DNA of 32,000 nucleotides from Clostridiales bacterium (GTDB lineage Bacteria; Bacillota; Clostridia; Clostridiales; Clostridiaceae): NCBI GenBank assembly GCA_017889345.1, contig JAGHEJ010000075.1, positions 11,218 to 43,217 of the forward strand, read 5' to 3'. Shown piece by piece: positions 20,642 to 32,000 of this stretch (position 1 is its first letter; each line of letters starts with the position of its first letter). The notes under the pieces were generated by a model. It saw only the letters and a program-made list of their open reading frames with translations, ran no database searches and was not told where the DNA came from. The position numbers and the translations under genes were made by a program.

Positions 20642-21454
20642 TTATATTTTAGTCGTATTTGTTTTTGTTCTTTTTTGCTCACCAGTAATATCTATTTCAT
20701 AATTGTCGTGATATATGAGTTCTGAAACTGTAACAAACTTATATCCTTGTTTTGTAAATTCTGTTAATATTCTATCTAAATTTTCTGGAGTATAAGCTGT
20801 GTTATTATGAAATAAAATTATTGAACCTGGTTTAATTTTATTTGCAACTCGATTATATTCAACATCTAACCCTTGCTCCTTCCAATCTATAGAATCAACA
20901 TCCCATTGAATTGGAGTATATCCAAGCTCTTTAACAATTTTAATTGAATTTTGATCATACTCTCCCTTTGGAAATCTGAATAATTTATTTCGTGTATTGG
21001 TTATCTCATAAATTTTGCTATCAGTTATTTCAAGTTCTTTTATAATCCTATCTCGTGTTATACTCGTAAAATCCGGATGAATATTACTGTGATTTCCTAA
21101 CTCATGTCCTTGCTCATGCATTTTCTTTACAAGCTCAACATTTTGGTTATTATAATCAATCCATTTTCCAATTAAAAAAAATGTTGCTTTCGCATCATGC
21201 TTCTCTAAAATTTTTAAAATCTCTTCTGTTCTATCTGTTCCCCAATTAACATCAAAAGTAATTGCAACCTTTTTCTCTTCTGTATTAACTCTGTAAATGG
21301 GTAAAGATTTTTGTTCACTAAACGTAAAAACTGTTGGATTATTAAAATAGGTGTATGTAACAATTACTGTTAAAGCTAAAATCATAAGAGAAACTTTAAA
21401 AGACTTTCCGAACTTCCTTCGTACCTTATTTTGTTTATTTGTTTTATTATTCAA
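20642..21454 (-). CDS. Polysaccharide deacetylase (NodB-homology domain, PdaB-like), membrane-anchored/secreted
   Basis: VAITFDVNWGTDRTEEIL..L.KHDAKATFFLIGKW...MHEQGHELGNHSNIHPD, plus ...ILFHNN. N-terminal TM segment VSLMILALTVIVTY. TTG start at 21454 with AGGAGA 7 nt upstream. Confidence 0.85.
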   Translation of the reverse strand: MNNKTNKQNKVRRKFGKSFKVSLMILALTVIVTYTYFNNPTVFTFSEQKSLPIYRVNTEEKKVAITFDVNWGTDRTEEILKILEKHDAKATFFLIGKWIDYNNQNVELVKKMHEQGHELGNHSNIHPDFTSITRDRIIKELEITDSKIYEITNTRNKLFRFPKGEYDQNSIKIVKELGYTPIQWDVDSIDWKEQGLDVEYNRVANKIKPGSIILFHNNTAYTPENLDRILTEFTKQGYKFVTVSELIYHDNYEIDITGEQKRTKTNTTKI

Positions 21455-21610
21455 ATCCTTTTCTCCTTTTAAATTATTTTTCTTTTTAAGTATATGCGTA
21501 TATAATTTTTAATATTAAAATTATAAGTTTAAATATTTTTTTATTTGTATTATTTTATTTTTAAGATTAGAATAACTATATATGTAAAGTTAACGAGGTG
21601 ATTCAAGTAT

Positions 21611-22147
21611 ATGTTAAATAACATTATAGAATTGGCTGATAATAAACTTCTCATTTTATATATAGTCAAAAAATTAAAACATCCTTGTACAAATACATAC
21701 ATAACAGATATTGTTTTAAACAATAATTTTTTAAATTATTTTCTTCTTCAACAATATTTAAACGATCTTGTTGAAAGTAACTATTTATTGCTTATAAATT
21801 CTAAAGATGAAACTCTCTATAAGCTTGCTCCTCGTGGCAAAAAAATCTTAGAAATGTTTCAAAATAGAATTTCTCAATTTAAAATTGATTGTTTTAATAA
21901 TTACATGAATTCTCTTGAACAGAAAAAACAAGAAATAACTGCTCAAACTAGTTACTCAAAAATTAAACCAAATAACTTCCTATTAGAAATTTCATTTAAC
22001 AAAAATGATTCTGAACTTTTAAACTTAAAATTATCTTTAAATTCAAAAGAAGAACTTGATTCCATTATTAAAAATTGTAAAAATAATGCTGGCATAACTT
22101 ATAATTTAATTCTTTCTCATCTTTTGGACCAAAAAAATGATACTTAG
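21611..22147 (+). CDS. DUF4364-family (winged-helix-like) protein
   Basis: ELADNKLLILYIVKKLKHPCTNTYITDIVLNNNFLNYFLLQQYLNDLVESNYL matches my recollection of the clostridial DUF4364 N-terminal pattern. GAGGTGA RBS upstream. Confidence 0.6.
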   Translation: MLNNIIELADNKLLILYIVKKLKHPCTNTYITDIVLNNNFLNYFLLQQYLNDLVESNYLLLINSKDETLYKLAPRGKKILEMFQNRISQFKIDCFNNYMNSLEQKKQEITAQTSYSKIKPNNFLLEISFNKNDSELLNLKLSLNSKEELDSIIKNCKNNAGITYNLILSHLLDQKNDT

Positions 22148-22175
22148 TATAAATTTTTGGTTTAAATACTAAGTA
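22141..22175. terminator. Hairpin between convergent genes (T-run only on the minus strand)
   Basis: tacttagtat (22141-22150) / atactaagta (22166-22175): perfect 10-bp arms and a 15-nt loop. On the minus strand it is followed by cattttttt. Confidence 0.5.
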
Positions 22176-22183
22176 TCTCTTAT

Positions 22184-23065
22184 CTAATAAACATACATAC
22201 AAGTTGGCTCTGATCCAGTTTTTATAAATTTTTCATTTTGGGTATATATATCATATTTTAACAATGTATCCTTATCGCTTATTGTTACGTATAAAAATCT
22301 TCCAATTTTATTTATACCTCTTGGGCTTCCACAAATTTCAATTCTACTTATTTCTTTAAAAATAGATAAATCAATTATACTTATGGAATTTCCAAGATAA
22401 TTGGAAACAAAAATCGTATTTCCTAAGTAATCAAAATACATATCTATTGGTGATTTATCAAGGGTTATACTTTTACATTTTTCTCCCGTATTAGAATCAT
22501 AAACACTAAAAGTTCCCTCAATTTCATTTCCTAAATTGCTTTCACAAACAAAAATATATCGACCATCTCTATAAAACTTTGACTTCATAGGTAGGTTGCT
22601 TGTCCTTATATTTCTTACAAAATCATTTTCTTCATAATCAACAAGTGTTATTTGATTGTTATACATATTCGTTACAGAAATTAATTTATTTTTACTGCAC
22701 AGATCCATACTATGAGGATAATTTCCGCACTTTATTTCATATCTTAATTGTTTTTCAATCATATCATAAATAATCAAACAATTATTTTCACCACAAATTA
22801 AATACATATAATTATTTTTAAATTTCAAATCATTTGTTGACATTCCTAAATAATTATGTTTAACTTCCCTATTTTCAATATCAATCTCAAAAAAATTATG
22901 ATTATCACTTGTGGCAACATACAATTTGTTATTATTTATATCCATTCCATGAGATCCTAATAATTTTTCATCCATACTCAAATAAATTTTTTCTTCTAAA
23001 TCATTTAATAAACTAACTTTTGAAATATAATTGGAAGAAACATTACAAATATATAAATCAGGCAT
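22184..23065 (-). CDS. YVTN/YncE-like beta-propeller repeat protein (no signal peptide)
   Basis: Repeated ~40-aa blades (LYVATSDNHNFFEIDIENREV; MYLICGENNCLIIYDMIEKQL; LISVTNMYNNQITLVDYEEN; IFVSNYLGNSISIIDLSIFKE; LYVTISDKDTLLKYDIYTQ). GAGGTG RBS before ATG 23065. Confidence 0.6.
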   Translation of the reverse strand: MPDLYICNVSSNYISKVSLLNDLEEKIYLSMDEKLLGSHGMDINNNKLYVATSDNHNFFEIDIENREVKHNYLGMSTNDLKFKNNYMYLICGENNCLIIYDMIEKQLRYEIKCGNYPHSMDLCSKNKLISVTNMYNNQITLVDYEENDFVRNIRTSNLPMKSKFYRDGRYIFVCESNLGNEIEGTFSVYDSNTGEKCKSITLDKSPIDMYFDYLGNTIFVSNYLGNSISIIDLSIFKEISRIEICGSPRGINKIGRFLYVTISDKDTLLKYDIYTQNEKFIKTGSEPTCMYVY

Positions 23066-23153
23066 TCATCCCACCTCAAATATTTTTAAATCCTAAATAT
23101 ACTATTCAAAAGTAGAATTATTTTTTAATTTTTTCTTTAATTTAATTTTATTT

Positions 23154-23183
23154 ATAAAAAAAGGACTGCAAAAAGCAATCCTT
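23154..23183 (-). terminator. Rho-independent terminator of the 23195..24628 gene
   Basis: aaggactgc / gcaatcctt (one G.U on the minus strand), 5-nt loop, T-run on the minus strand. Confidence 0.7.
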
Positions 23184-23194
23184 AAATTTTCATA

Positions 23195-24628
23195 TTATCT
23201 TTCATAAGCCATCTTAGCAATATTAGCTATTACTCTTTCAGCATTTGGTAAATCTTTTGTATATATACTAATTGCAAAAGGTCTATCTCCAAATACAAGA
23301 CCAACATCATGATAATTACCTTGATATGATCCATATTTATCTGCAACAATACTCTCTGGAATATACCTACCTATCCTTACCCCTGCAGCACTATTTTTTA
23401 AATTATCAATTATAAATTGATAATTCGGATTATTATCTTTATTGTAATATAATTTCTTAAAAAATGTATTCATTTCATTTGTACTAAACATATTTCCTGT
23501 ACGATTTAAAGGATATCCAAGAATTTTTCCATACTCATTATATAAATTTGCATATTGGTTGATACCCGTAATAAGCATATTCGCTGCTATATTATCTGAA
23601 TTTAAAAGAGATCTTCTTGATAATTCTCTAAAAGTTTGAGGTGGTAGGTATTGGTTAACAACTTGATTTTGAAAAACACCTGAACCACCTTCATAATGTT
23701 TGCTATGAACATACTCAACTTTGCTATTTAAATTTATTTTTCCAGCTTGTACAAGATCATATAAAACTAAATTGAGTGGTAATTTGTGAGTACTTCCTGC
23801 TTTAAATAATACATCTCCATTTATGTCAAATCCCTGCTTTGTATTAAAATCATAAAAGGAAACAGCCACATTATTAATGTTATTTCCCAAATATTTTACA
23901 ATCTTATTTTTAAGAACTTGAACTTCGGAATTCATATATATTTTTTCCTCTAAAGCTGCTGCCTTTTCTTGTGCTTTCTTAATTTTTTCAGAGTTGTCCA
24001 CAATGTATATATCTCTATCAACTTCCTCAAAAATAGCTAAAGCATCTGTTCTCTTTACAGGTAAATTAACATTATTTTTATCCAACTTTATATTCATTAG
24101 TGAAACTCTAATTGAAAACTCTGGGCTTTCCATCATTTTATTTACAACTTCATACAAAACATTTGGAGAATCATTTATGTTCCATCTTAAAGTTAAAATA
24201 TCACTATTTTTCACATTAGATGGATATTGATTCTTATAAACATATAAAATTCTTCCATCAATATAATCAAGCCAATATTGCCTTCCATCTTTCTCTGGTT
24301 TTCTACCCAAAATAAATTGATAAATTTTATCTACGAAATCTTCCTTAAGTTTAGTTGACTCCATAAATTCTTTAGATTCCAAAACAAATTTTTCAACAAA
24401 ATACTTAGCAGAAACTTGTCCAGTTCCAAGCATTTCATACCAATAAGTAAATCCATCTAAATCTGATTCTCTACCATAAAAAATATTATAGGCAGATTCA
24501 ATAAAATTCCCTAGAAGCTTGTCCGATGTTTTTGTCATAACATTCATAGTAGATGCGCTTACTTTAATATCTAAAAAACACATTCCAATCAAAAACAACA
24601 TTACAAAATATTTAGAAATCTTTTTCAT
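23195..24628 (-). CDS. Secreted fusion: two N-terminal DUF4214 modules + C-terminal class-A beta-lactamase-like serine hydrolase domain
   Basis: Start moved to ATG 24628 (MKKISKYFVMLFLIGMCFLDIKVSAS is a signal peptide; AAGGAGGAAA RBS). DUF4214: IFYGRESDLDGFTYWYEML and FILGRKPEKDGRQYWLDYI. Hydrolase motifs: FKAGSTHK (SxxK), LNSDNIAANML (SDN), DKYGSY...HDVGLVF (KTG-like box). Confidence 0.8.
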   Translation of the reverse strand: MKKISKYFVMLFLIGMCFLDIKVSASTMNVMTKTSDKLLGNFIESAYNIFYGRESDLDGFTYWYEMLGTGQVSAKYFVEKFVLESKEFMESTKLKEDFVDKIYQFILGRKPEKDGRQYWLDYIDGRILYVYKNQYPSNVKNSDILTLRWNINDSPNVLYEVVNKMMESPEFSIRVSLMNIKLDKNNVNLPVKRTDALAIFEEVDRDIYIVDNSEKIKKAQEKAAALEEKIYMNSEVQVLKNKIVKYLGNNINNVAVSFYDFNTKQGFDINGDVLFKAGSTHKLPLNLVLYDLVQAGKINLNSKVEYVHSKHYEGGSGVFQNQVVNQYLPPQTFRELSRRSLLNSDNIAANMLITGINQYANLYNEYGKILGYPLNRTGNMFSTNEMNTFFKKLYYNKDNNPNYQFIIDNLKNSAAGVRIGRYIPESIVADKYGSYQGNYHDVGLVFGDRPFAISIYTKDLPNAERVIANIAKMAYER

Positions 24629-24669
24629 CCTTTCCTCCTTCTTACAATTTTTTCCTAAATATACAACTT

Positions 24670-24721
24670 CCAAATAATACAAAATAATCCTTCTCAAATT
24701 ATGTATTCGAGAAAGATTATT
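24670..24721 (-). terminator. Rho-independent terminator of valS
   Basis: On the minus strand: aataatctttctc / gagaaggattatt (13-bp stem, one G.U, 13-nt loop), followed by ttttgtattatttgg. Confidence 0.6.
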
Positions 24722-24759
24722 TGCATTTACTATTAAATTTATTCAATTAAAAAGAAATT

Positions 24760-27420
<2,661 letters not shown>

Positions 27421-27481
27421 TTTAACCCCCGTAAAATTACCATGATTACCAATATTTTTTTCTTACTTTAACATTATCCTT

Positions 27482-27509
27482 ATTTTATCACATAGAATAT
27501 TAATGTCAA
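27482..27509 (-). promoter_or_regulatory. Candidate sigma-A promoter of valS with an extended -10
   Basis: Minus strand reads TTGACA (27509..27504), 16 nt, TGa-TAAAAT (27490..27482). It lies about 60 nt upstream of the valS ATG. Confidence 0.5.
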
Positions 27510-27582
27510 AAATATTTATATTTTAAACTGAATAATCAAGGTAATTTTTGGAATAATATAACTAATGTTTAACAAGAGGTGA

Positions 27583-27951
27583 TTGAGATTGGATTTTTAT
27601 TTTAAAAAAGCAAATGACTATTATAATAAAAAAGATTACAAAAAAGCTATCTCCTTATATCAAAAGTCAATTGAAACTCAAGGGAGCGAAGCTTGTTCAT
27701 TATATAATTCTGCCGTATGTTACATTAAATTAAAGGAATATGATAAAGCAATAGAACTTTTAAAACAAGCTATTGACATAAAAATGGATCATAAATATCT
27801 TTTTAATTTAGCTTATTGTTACTCTTTACTTGGAGATAACGCAAAAGCACTTACATATTTTAATTGGTCATGGGCATACAACAATGAAGATTTTGAATGT
27901 AAAAAAGCTATATCAATGATTCTTGACTCATATAACAATAGTACAAAATAA
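27583..27951 (+). CDS. Small TPR-repeat protein
   Basis: YYNKKDYKKAISLYQKSIE, YNSAVCYIKLKEYDKAIELLKQAIDI and FNLAYCYSLLGDNAKALTYF are three TPR units. Start is TTG at 27583, or possibly 27589 (RBS AGAGG 27575-27579). Confidence 0.75.
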   Translation: MRLDFYFKKANDYYNKKDYKKAISLYQKSIETQGSEACSLYNSAVCYIKLKEYDKAIELLKQAIDIKMDHKYLFNLAYCYSLLGDNAKALTYFNWSWAYNNEDFECKKAISMILDSYNNSTK

Positions 27952-28011
27952 TTTTTAAAAAATAATAATGGGTAGATTTAACCCCCATTAAAACTACCCA
28001 AAACTTTTATA

Positions 28012-29142
28012 TTAAACTGAAAATTCCCATATAATTCTTTCTTTTTTGTGATCTTGTTCAAAATTTTCAATATCAAAATAATTTCCTGTCTCGCCAAAAG
28101 TTGTATCCACTTCTATCCACTCATTTGATTCTTCTATGTATACTTCATTCCAAGCATGGTTTATCCATTCTTTACCATCAAAACCTTTCCCAACAACTAT
28201 ACGTGTAGGTAAGTTTATACTTTCAGCAAAAACAGAATATAAACTTGCGTAATCAAAACATATTCCCTTCTTTGTTTCAAATGCAGAAATTGCACCTGAT
28301 AGATTACTAAAGTCTTCATTTAATATATCTTCTAATTTTTCATCATCATACTCAAGCATATTCACCACATCATAATATAACTTCCTAGCTCTGCTATAAG
28401 AGCTATTTATATCCGTAGTACTTTTAAGTGCATATTTTTTTATCTCATCATTGCTCATAGTAGCCTCATCAATAGTAACTCCGTTATATAAATACTGAAT
28501 ATTTTTTGTACCAATAGTTTTAAATGTATCAAAAATAGGATTAAAAATATTAAGCATTATTTCATTTAAATCATACTTAAACGGTATTATCACTTTTGTT
28601 GATAAAGTATTATATAAACTTGATGAGTTTATCATCTTATTAAAATCACTGTCTTCTCTTAAAAACATAGACAATGTATTAAATGTAAACACAATAATAA
28701 GTACATTTAATATCGCTCTTGGAAGTTTTACAATTCCAAATATTATAAATCTAAACATACGTGGCAACTTACACAAAAGTTTATAGCACTCTACCATAAT
28801 ATTTTTAAAAATCAATACGTATATGCAATTACATATACCTAAATATACAAAAAATACCATAGCAAATAATATTATTTTTAAAATAAAACTCCAAAACGTA
28901 TCATCAATATATTGTAAATTTAATGTTTGAAGTATGAAATAATACAATTCGTATGCTATGAAGTTATAAGACAAATAAATTCCATATAAAGAAATTATCT
29001 TCATATAAAACTTTATATCCCTAAATAAATAGTGAAACTTAGCATATTGTACAGTACCCTTGATTATGGATAATAAAAACAAAATCACAATAATAATGGT
29101 TACAATACCATTATTTAAGGTATTTAACGCTAATTCAAACAC
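28012..29142 (-). CDS. Polytopic membrane protein with a C-terminal transglutaminase-like cysteine-protease core
   Basis: About 5 TM segments in the N-terminal half. C-terminal KKGICFDYASLY (Cys), INHAWNEVYI (His) and WIEVDTT (Asp) form the transglutaminase-core triad. GTG start at 29142 with AAAGGGGA upstream. Confidence 0.8.
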   Translation of the reverse strand: MFELALNTLNNGIVTIIIVILFLLSIIKGTVQYAKFHYLFRDIKFYMKIISLYGIYLSYNFIAYELYYFILQTLNLQYIDDTFWSFILKIILFAMVFFVYLGICNCIYVLIFKNIMVECYKLLCKLPRMFRFIIFGIVKLPRAILNVLIIVFTFNTLSMFLREDSDFNKMINSSSLYNTLSTKVIIPFKYDLNEIMLNIFNPIFDTFKTIGTKNIQYLYNGVTIDEATMSNDEIKKYALKSTTDINSSYSRARKLYYDVVNMLEYDDEKLEDILNEDFSNLSGAISAFETKKGICFDYASLYSVFAESINLPTRIVVGKGFDGKEWINHAWNEVYIEESNEWIEVDTTFGETGNYFDIENFEQDHKKERIIWEFSV

Positions 29143-29175
29143 CCAATAATCCCCTTTTTAAATATCTGATACTTT

Positions 29176-29631
29176 TTAAATAACCCTCTCTATTATTTTT
29201 GTAGCTAAATCATAATCATATCCCTTATTGATTAAATGACAAAATAGCTTATGTCTCATTTTAAATCCTTCAGATTTATTTTTAATAGATTCATATTTTT
29301 TCTGGCAAATCTTAACGCCTATTTCTATTTTCTCATCATCAGATATTTTTAAGAATTCCTCTTTTAAGAATTCTTTATCTAACCCTTTTAAAATCAGATC
29401 AAAAAATATCTTCTTCTCTCCATATTTGGATACATTTTTTCGTATGTAATTTCTTGCATATCGCTGGTCATTTATAAAATTATATTCAACTAAATATTTT
29501 ACAACTTTATTTGCGACATTCTCCTCAATGGATTTATCTATAAGATATTTTTTCATTTCCTTTTGTGTTTTATCATATCTGTTTAACAAACGTAATGCTA
29601 AATTTTTTGCAATTATAAAATCTTTATCCAT
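29176..29631 (-). CDS. recX: RecA regulator RecX
   Basis: 151 aa. ALRLLNRYDKTQKEMKKYLIDKSIEE..ANKVVKYLVEYNFINDQRYARNYIR is the repeated three-helix RecX pattern. The start is 2 nt after the upstream stop (translational coupling). Confidence 0.8.
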   Translation of the reverse strand: MDKDFIIAKNLALRLLNRYDKTQKEMKKYLIDKSIEENVANKVVKYLVEYNFINDQRYARNYIRKNVSKYGEKKIFFDLILKGLDKEFLKEEFLKISDDEKIEIGVKICQKKYESIKNKSEGFKMRHKLFCHLINKGYDYDLATKIIERVI

Positions 29632-29633
29632 AA

Positions 29634-30875
29634 TTATTTCCTTTTAAGAATGTGAATTGTCGGATCATTTAAATATTTCTTACAAATATCCATAAGTTCA
29701 TGTGAATTCATTTTCTCTATTAGCTCCAAATCCTCAAGATATTTATGAATATTTTTATGATAAATTAATTTATCCAACAAATAAAGCCCGAGTTTTTCAT
29801 TATTTTCAATAGTTGAATATATCGCCATCAATTGTAATTTTTTCATAAGTTGTAAATTATATTCATCAAAATGGTTTTTACAACTTTTAATTTCCTCTAT
29901 ACAACTATTAATAATCTCAATAACTTTATCTATATTTTTGTCATTAGTCGCACAAAAAATATACATTCCTTTAAATTCATCACTTAACTCTAATTGAGTA
30001 TATATATCATAAGCTAAACCCTCTTCTTCTCGAACCCTCTTGAACAAAATAGAGTTTGAGCTCCCCCCAAGTTTATACTCAATAATTTTCAAAAAGATTT
30101 CCTCTTGCTGTTGTAAAGTATTGAAGGTAAAAAGATAGGTTATTGTCCCCATATCCAAATCTTTTTTCTCAGTTACTATCTTTGTAGGAATATTACTTTC
30201 ATGAAATAAATCATTTCGTATTAGTGCCTTCCTTTGCCAGGAGTTAAAATATTTTTTCAGCAAATTAATAACATAATCTTCATCATATGGACTTACTAAA
30301 ACCATGTATGAGTTATTTGGAACATAATATTTATCATAGAACTTCTGTAAATCCTCATGTCTTACTTTGTTAAGTATCTCTTTTGTTCCAGCAACGTCAT
30401 ACTTTAAATAAGATTCTTTAAAAGCCACCTCATTTAATCGAAGAAAACTAAACTCTTCATAATCAGCTTTACAAGAATCTATCTCAGAAATTATTATGTC
30501 CCTCTCTATATTTATCTCATTATCATCAAACTTTGGATTCATAATCATACTGGAAATTAACTCTATTGCCTTTTCGATATCAGAACAAAAACCATTTATG
30601 GTAAAAATTGTTGTTCCATAATCAGTAAAAGCATCATAATCCCCGCCTAAAAATTCAATAATTCTGTTAACTTCATAATCACTAAACTTTAAATTTGATC
30701 TAAATAGCATGTGCTCAATAAAATGACTATATCCCCGTTCATTATCAAGCTCGTACGCACTCCCTATTTTAATTCCTAAATTCAAATTAAAAAACTTACA
30801 GTCCTTTTTTAAAAGAATAATTTTCAATCCATTATCAAAAACATATTCTTTAAAATTAATCTCCAAATTTTCCAT
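29634..30875 (-). CDS. M16-family (pitrilysin/insulinase-like) zinc peptidase
   Basis: GYSHFIEHMLF is the inverted zinc motif HxxEH. Start moved to ATG 30875 (AGGAG 5 nt upstream). Confidence 0.85.
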   Translation of the reverse strand: MENLEINFKEYVFDNGLKIILLKKDCKFFNLNLGIKIGSAYELDNERGYSHFIEHMLFRSNLKFSDYEVNRIIEFLGGDYDAFTDYGTTIFTINGFCSDIEKAIELISSMIMNPKFDDNEINIERDIIISEIDSCKADYEEFSFLRLNEVAFKESYLKYDVAGTKEILNKVRHEDLQKFYDKYYVPNNSYMVLVSPYDEDYVINLLKKYFNSWQRKALIRNDLFHESNIPTKIVTEKKDLDMGTITYLFTFNTLQQQEEIFLKIIEYKLGGSSNSILFKRVREEEGLAYDIYTQLELSDEFKGMYIFCATNDKNIDKVIEIINSCIEEIKSCKNHFDEYNLQLMKKLQLMAIYSTIENNEKLGLYLLDKLIYHKNIHKYLEDLELIEKMNSHELMDICKKYLNDPTIHILKRK

Positions 30876-30982
30876 ACTTTCTCCTAACTTAAACATAATA
30901 CATTTTTTTGTAATTTTTTTCCAGATAGCAGATATTAAATTTATAAGTTTTTCATATATTAATTTTTATTTAATTTTATACC

Positions 30983-31017
30983 ACAAAAAACTATGGTTTA
31001 AATAATAAACCATAGTT
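30983..31017 (-). terminator. Rho-independent terminator of the 31030.. gene
   Basis: aactatggttt (30989-30999) / aaaccatagtt (31007-31017): perfect 11-bp stem and 7-nt loop, with T6 following on the minus strand. Confidence 0.8.
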
Positions 31018-31029
31018 CATTAAAAACAT

Positions 31030-32000
31030 TTATGGAAGTAATCCTATTTCTTTCATGCGTCTTATGTATTCATCACTCTTAAGCATTTGTTTTAAAACAT
31101 CTCGTCTTGAACTCTTTTTAATTTGATCCATCCAATAATTCAGTCCATCTTTATCAGGAGTTCTATTTAAAATTATTTTATATATACGATTTATAAATTC
31201 TTTGTTATTGATGCTTATATTTTCATTTCCATCAACAATACTTAAAATAAATTCAGTAGATGATATTTCTTGATTAAGTAAATTTTTTGTACTTTTTGAA
31301 AGCTCAGATTTAGTTGGCTCTCTCTGTAATAACGTTATATAAACTAATTTTACAAAATTTTCGGTAATTTCATTCTTATCAAAATTATAATAAAACGTCG
31401 TACTAACATTTCTTAAAGCTACATTATTTAACTCATTTTGGAAAAACAAATTAATATTAAACTTCAATACCTCATCAGGTTCAAAACCTTTCATACTCAT
31501 ATATACAAATTGTTTAAGCTTCCCTGATGTAACCACATATTTCTTTTCAAAAGATACTTCAAAATTTTTATTTACTTCCGGATAAACTAAAACAGCCTGT
31601 ACATTTTTAAGAGTATCCCACGGGTCATCAATTTGCATTGCTATCATTATTTTATCTTGATCATGATATAAAAGTAATGGTTCTGATACAAGTTGTCCAC
31701 TCTTAAAGCTTTCATTTTTACCATTAAGAGTCCCTATGTTCTTTATATTTTTCTCAGAACGATTAACAACTAACGTTACCCCTAGCTTTATATTTTTAAG
31801 CGAAAATGTTTTATTATTACTTTGAACAACTATTACATAATTGTTTTTGGATAAATTATATGTACTTACCGGTAATATTTTTTCCCCATCTTCAATGAAA
31901 AATTCTTTAATAGTTCCTTCTATATCTTCTTTAAGCGTTACATTAAAGAGAAACTTATTTCCTCCTGACATTGAACTTAAAAATTCTATATTCACATCAA
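31030..32000 (-). CDS. DUF4214-domain protein, C-terminal part (the reading frame is open to the window edge; the N-terminus is probably outside)
   Basis: C-terminal LVYITLLQREPTKSELSKSTKNL and IYKIILNRTPDKDGLNYWMDQI...KSDEY are two DUF4214 modules. There is no signal peptide after the GTG at 31995 and no stop between 31995 and 32000, so the gene probably continues upstream. Confidence 0.7.
   Translation of the reverse strand, partial: DVNIEFLSSMSGGNKFLFNVTLKEDIEGTIKEFFIEDGEKILPVSTYNLSKNNYVIVVQSNNKTFSLKNIKLGVTLVVNRSEKNIKNIGTLNGKNESFKSGQLVSEPLLLYHDQDKIMIAMQIDDPWDTLKNVQAVLVYPEVNKNFEVSFEKKYVVTSGKLKQFVYMSMKGFEPDEVLKFNINLFFQNELNNVALRNVSTTFYYNFDKNEITENFVKLVYITLLQREPTKSELSKSTKNLLNQEISSTEFILSIVDGNENISINNKEFINRIYKIILNRTPDKDGLNYWMDQIKKSSRRDVLKQMLKSDEYIRRMKEIGLLP

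Overview
AT-rich (about 70% A+T by eye) chromosomal segment from a low-GC Gram-positive bacterium (Bacillota; strong AGGAG-type RBSs, TTG/GTG starts, DapH-type lysine pathway). I cannot name the species. Domain calls rest on motif recognition from the translations, not on searches. Housekeeping genes frame the window: glmS (3' part), valS, dapH, recX, an M16 peptidase, a PLP aminotransferase, a PEBP-family lipoprotein, a polysaccharide deacetylase and an SSB-like protein. Two accessory themes stand out. (1) A locus at about 6.9-15.3 kb encodes four Sec-signal-peptide proteins that are low-complexity, Pro/Ser/Thr/Asn-rich, and lack LPXTG or any other recognisable anchor. I call them A (7023..8153), B (8283..9095), C (9112..10614) and D (12579..15290, minus strand). 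They are dense in short linear motifs that look eukaryotic. A has a duplicated ITIM+ITSM module with 24-residue Tyr spacing. B has a C-terminal cassette EPIYDEV / DPIYEEI / EPIYMNT / DSIYDIP, each resembling a different classical SH2 ligand, with EPIYDEVpnDP nearly identical to the Nck-binding EPEC Tir peptide. A, B and C carry canonical SH3 ligands (RPLPPIP, PPLPPK, PALPPK). C and D share an amphipathic F-(M/L)-x-E-L-K-x-K-L motif, which in C follows a polyproline tract. I read this as a candidate, apparently undescribed, family of host-signalling mimics. No delivery machinery is visible in the window, and chance or adhesin explanations remain open. (2) DUF4214 modules are expanded: five proteins in 32 kb. 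These are three tandem monocistronic surface-protein paralogs at 1.1-6.5 kb, a fusion of DUF4214 to a class-A beta-lactamase-like domain, and a partial gene at the right edge. This suggests DUF4214 acts as a surface-retention module. Another oddity is an HxlR-HTH::CobO (corrinoid adenosyltransferase) fusion. No tRNA or rRNA genes, CRISPR arrays, transposases, integrases or recognisable defence systems were seen.
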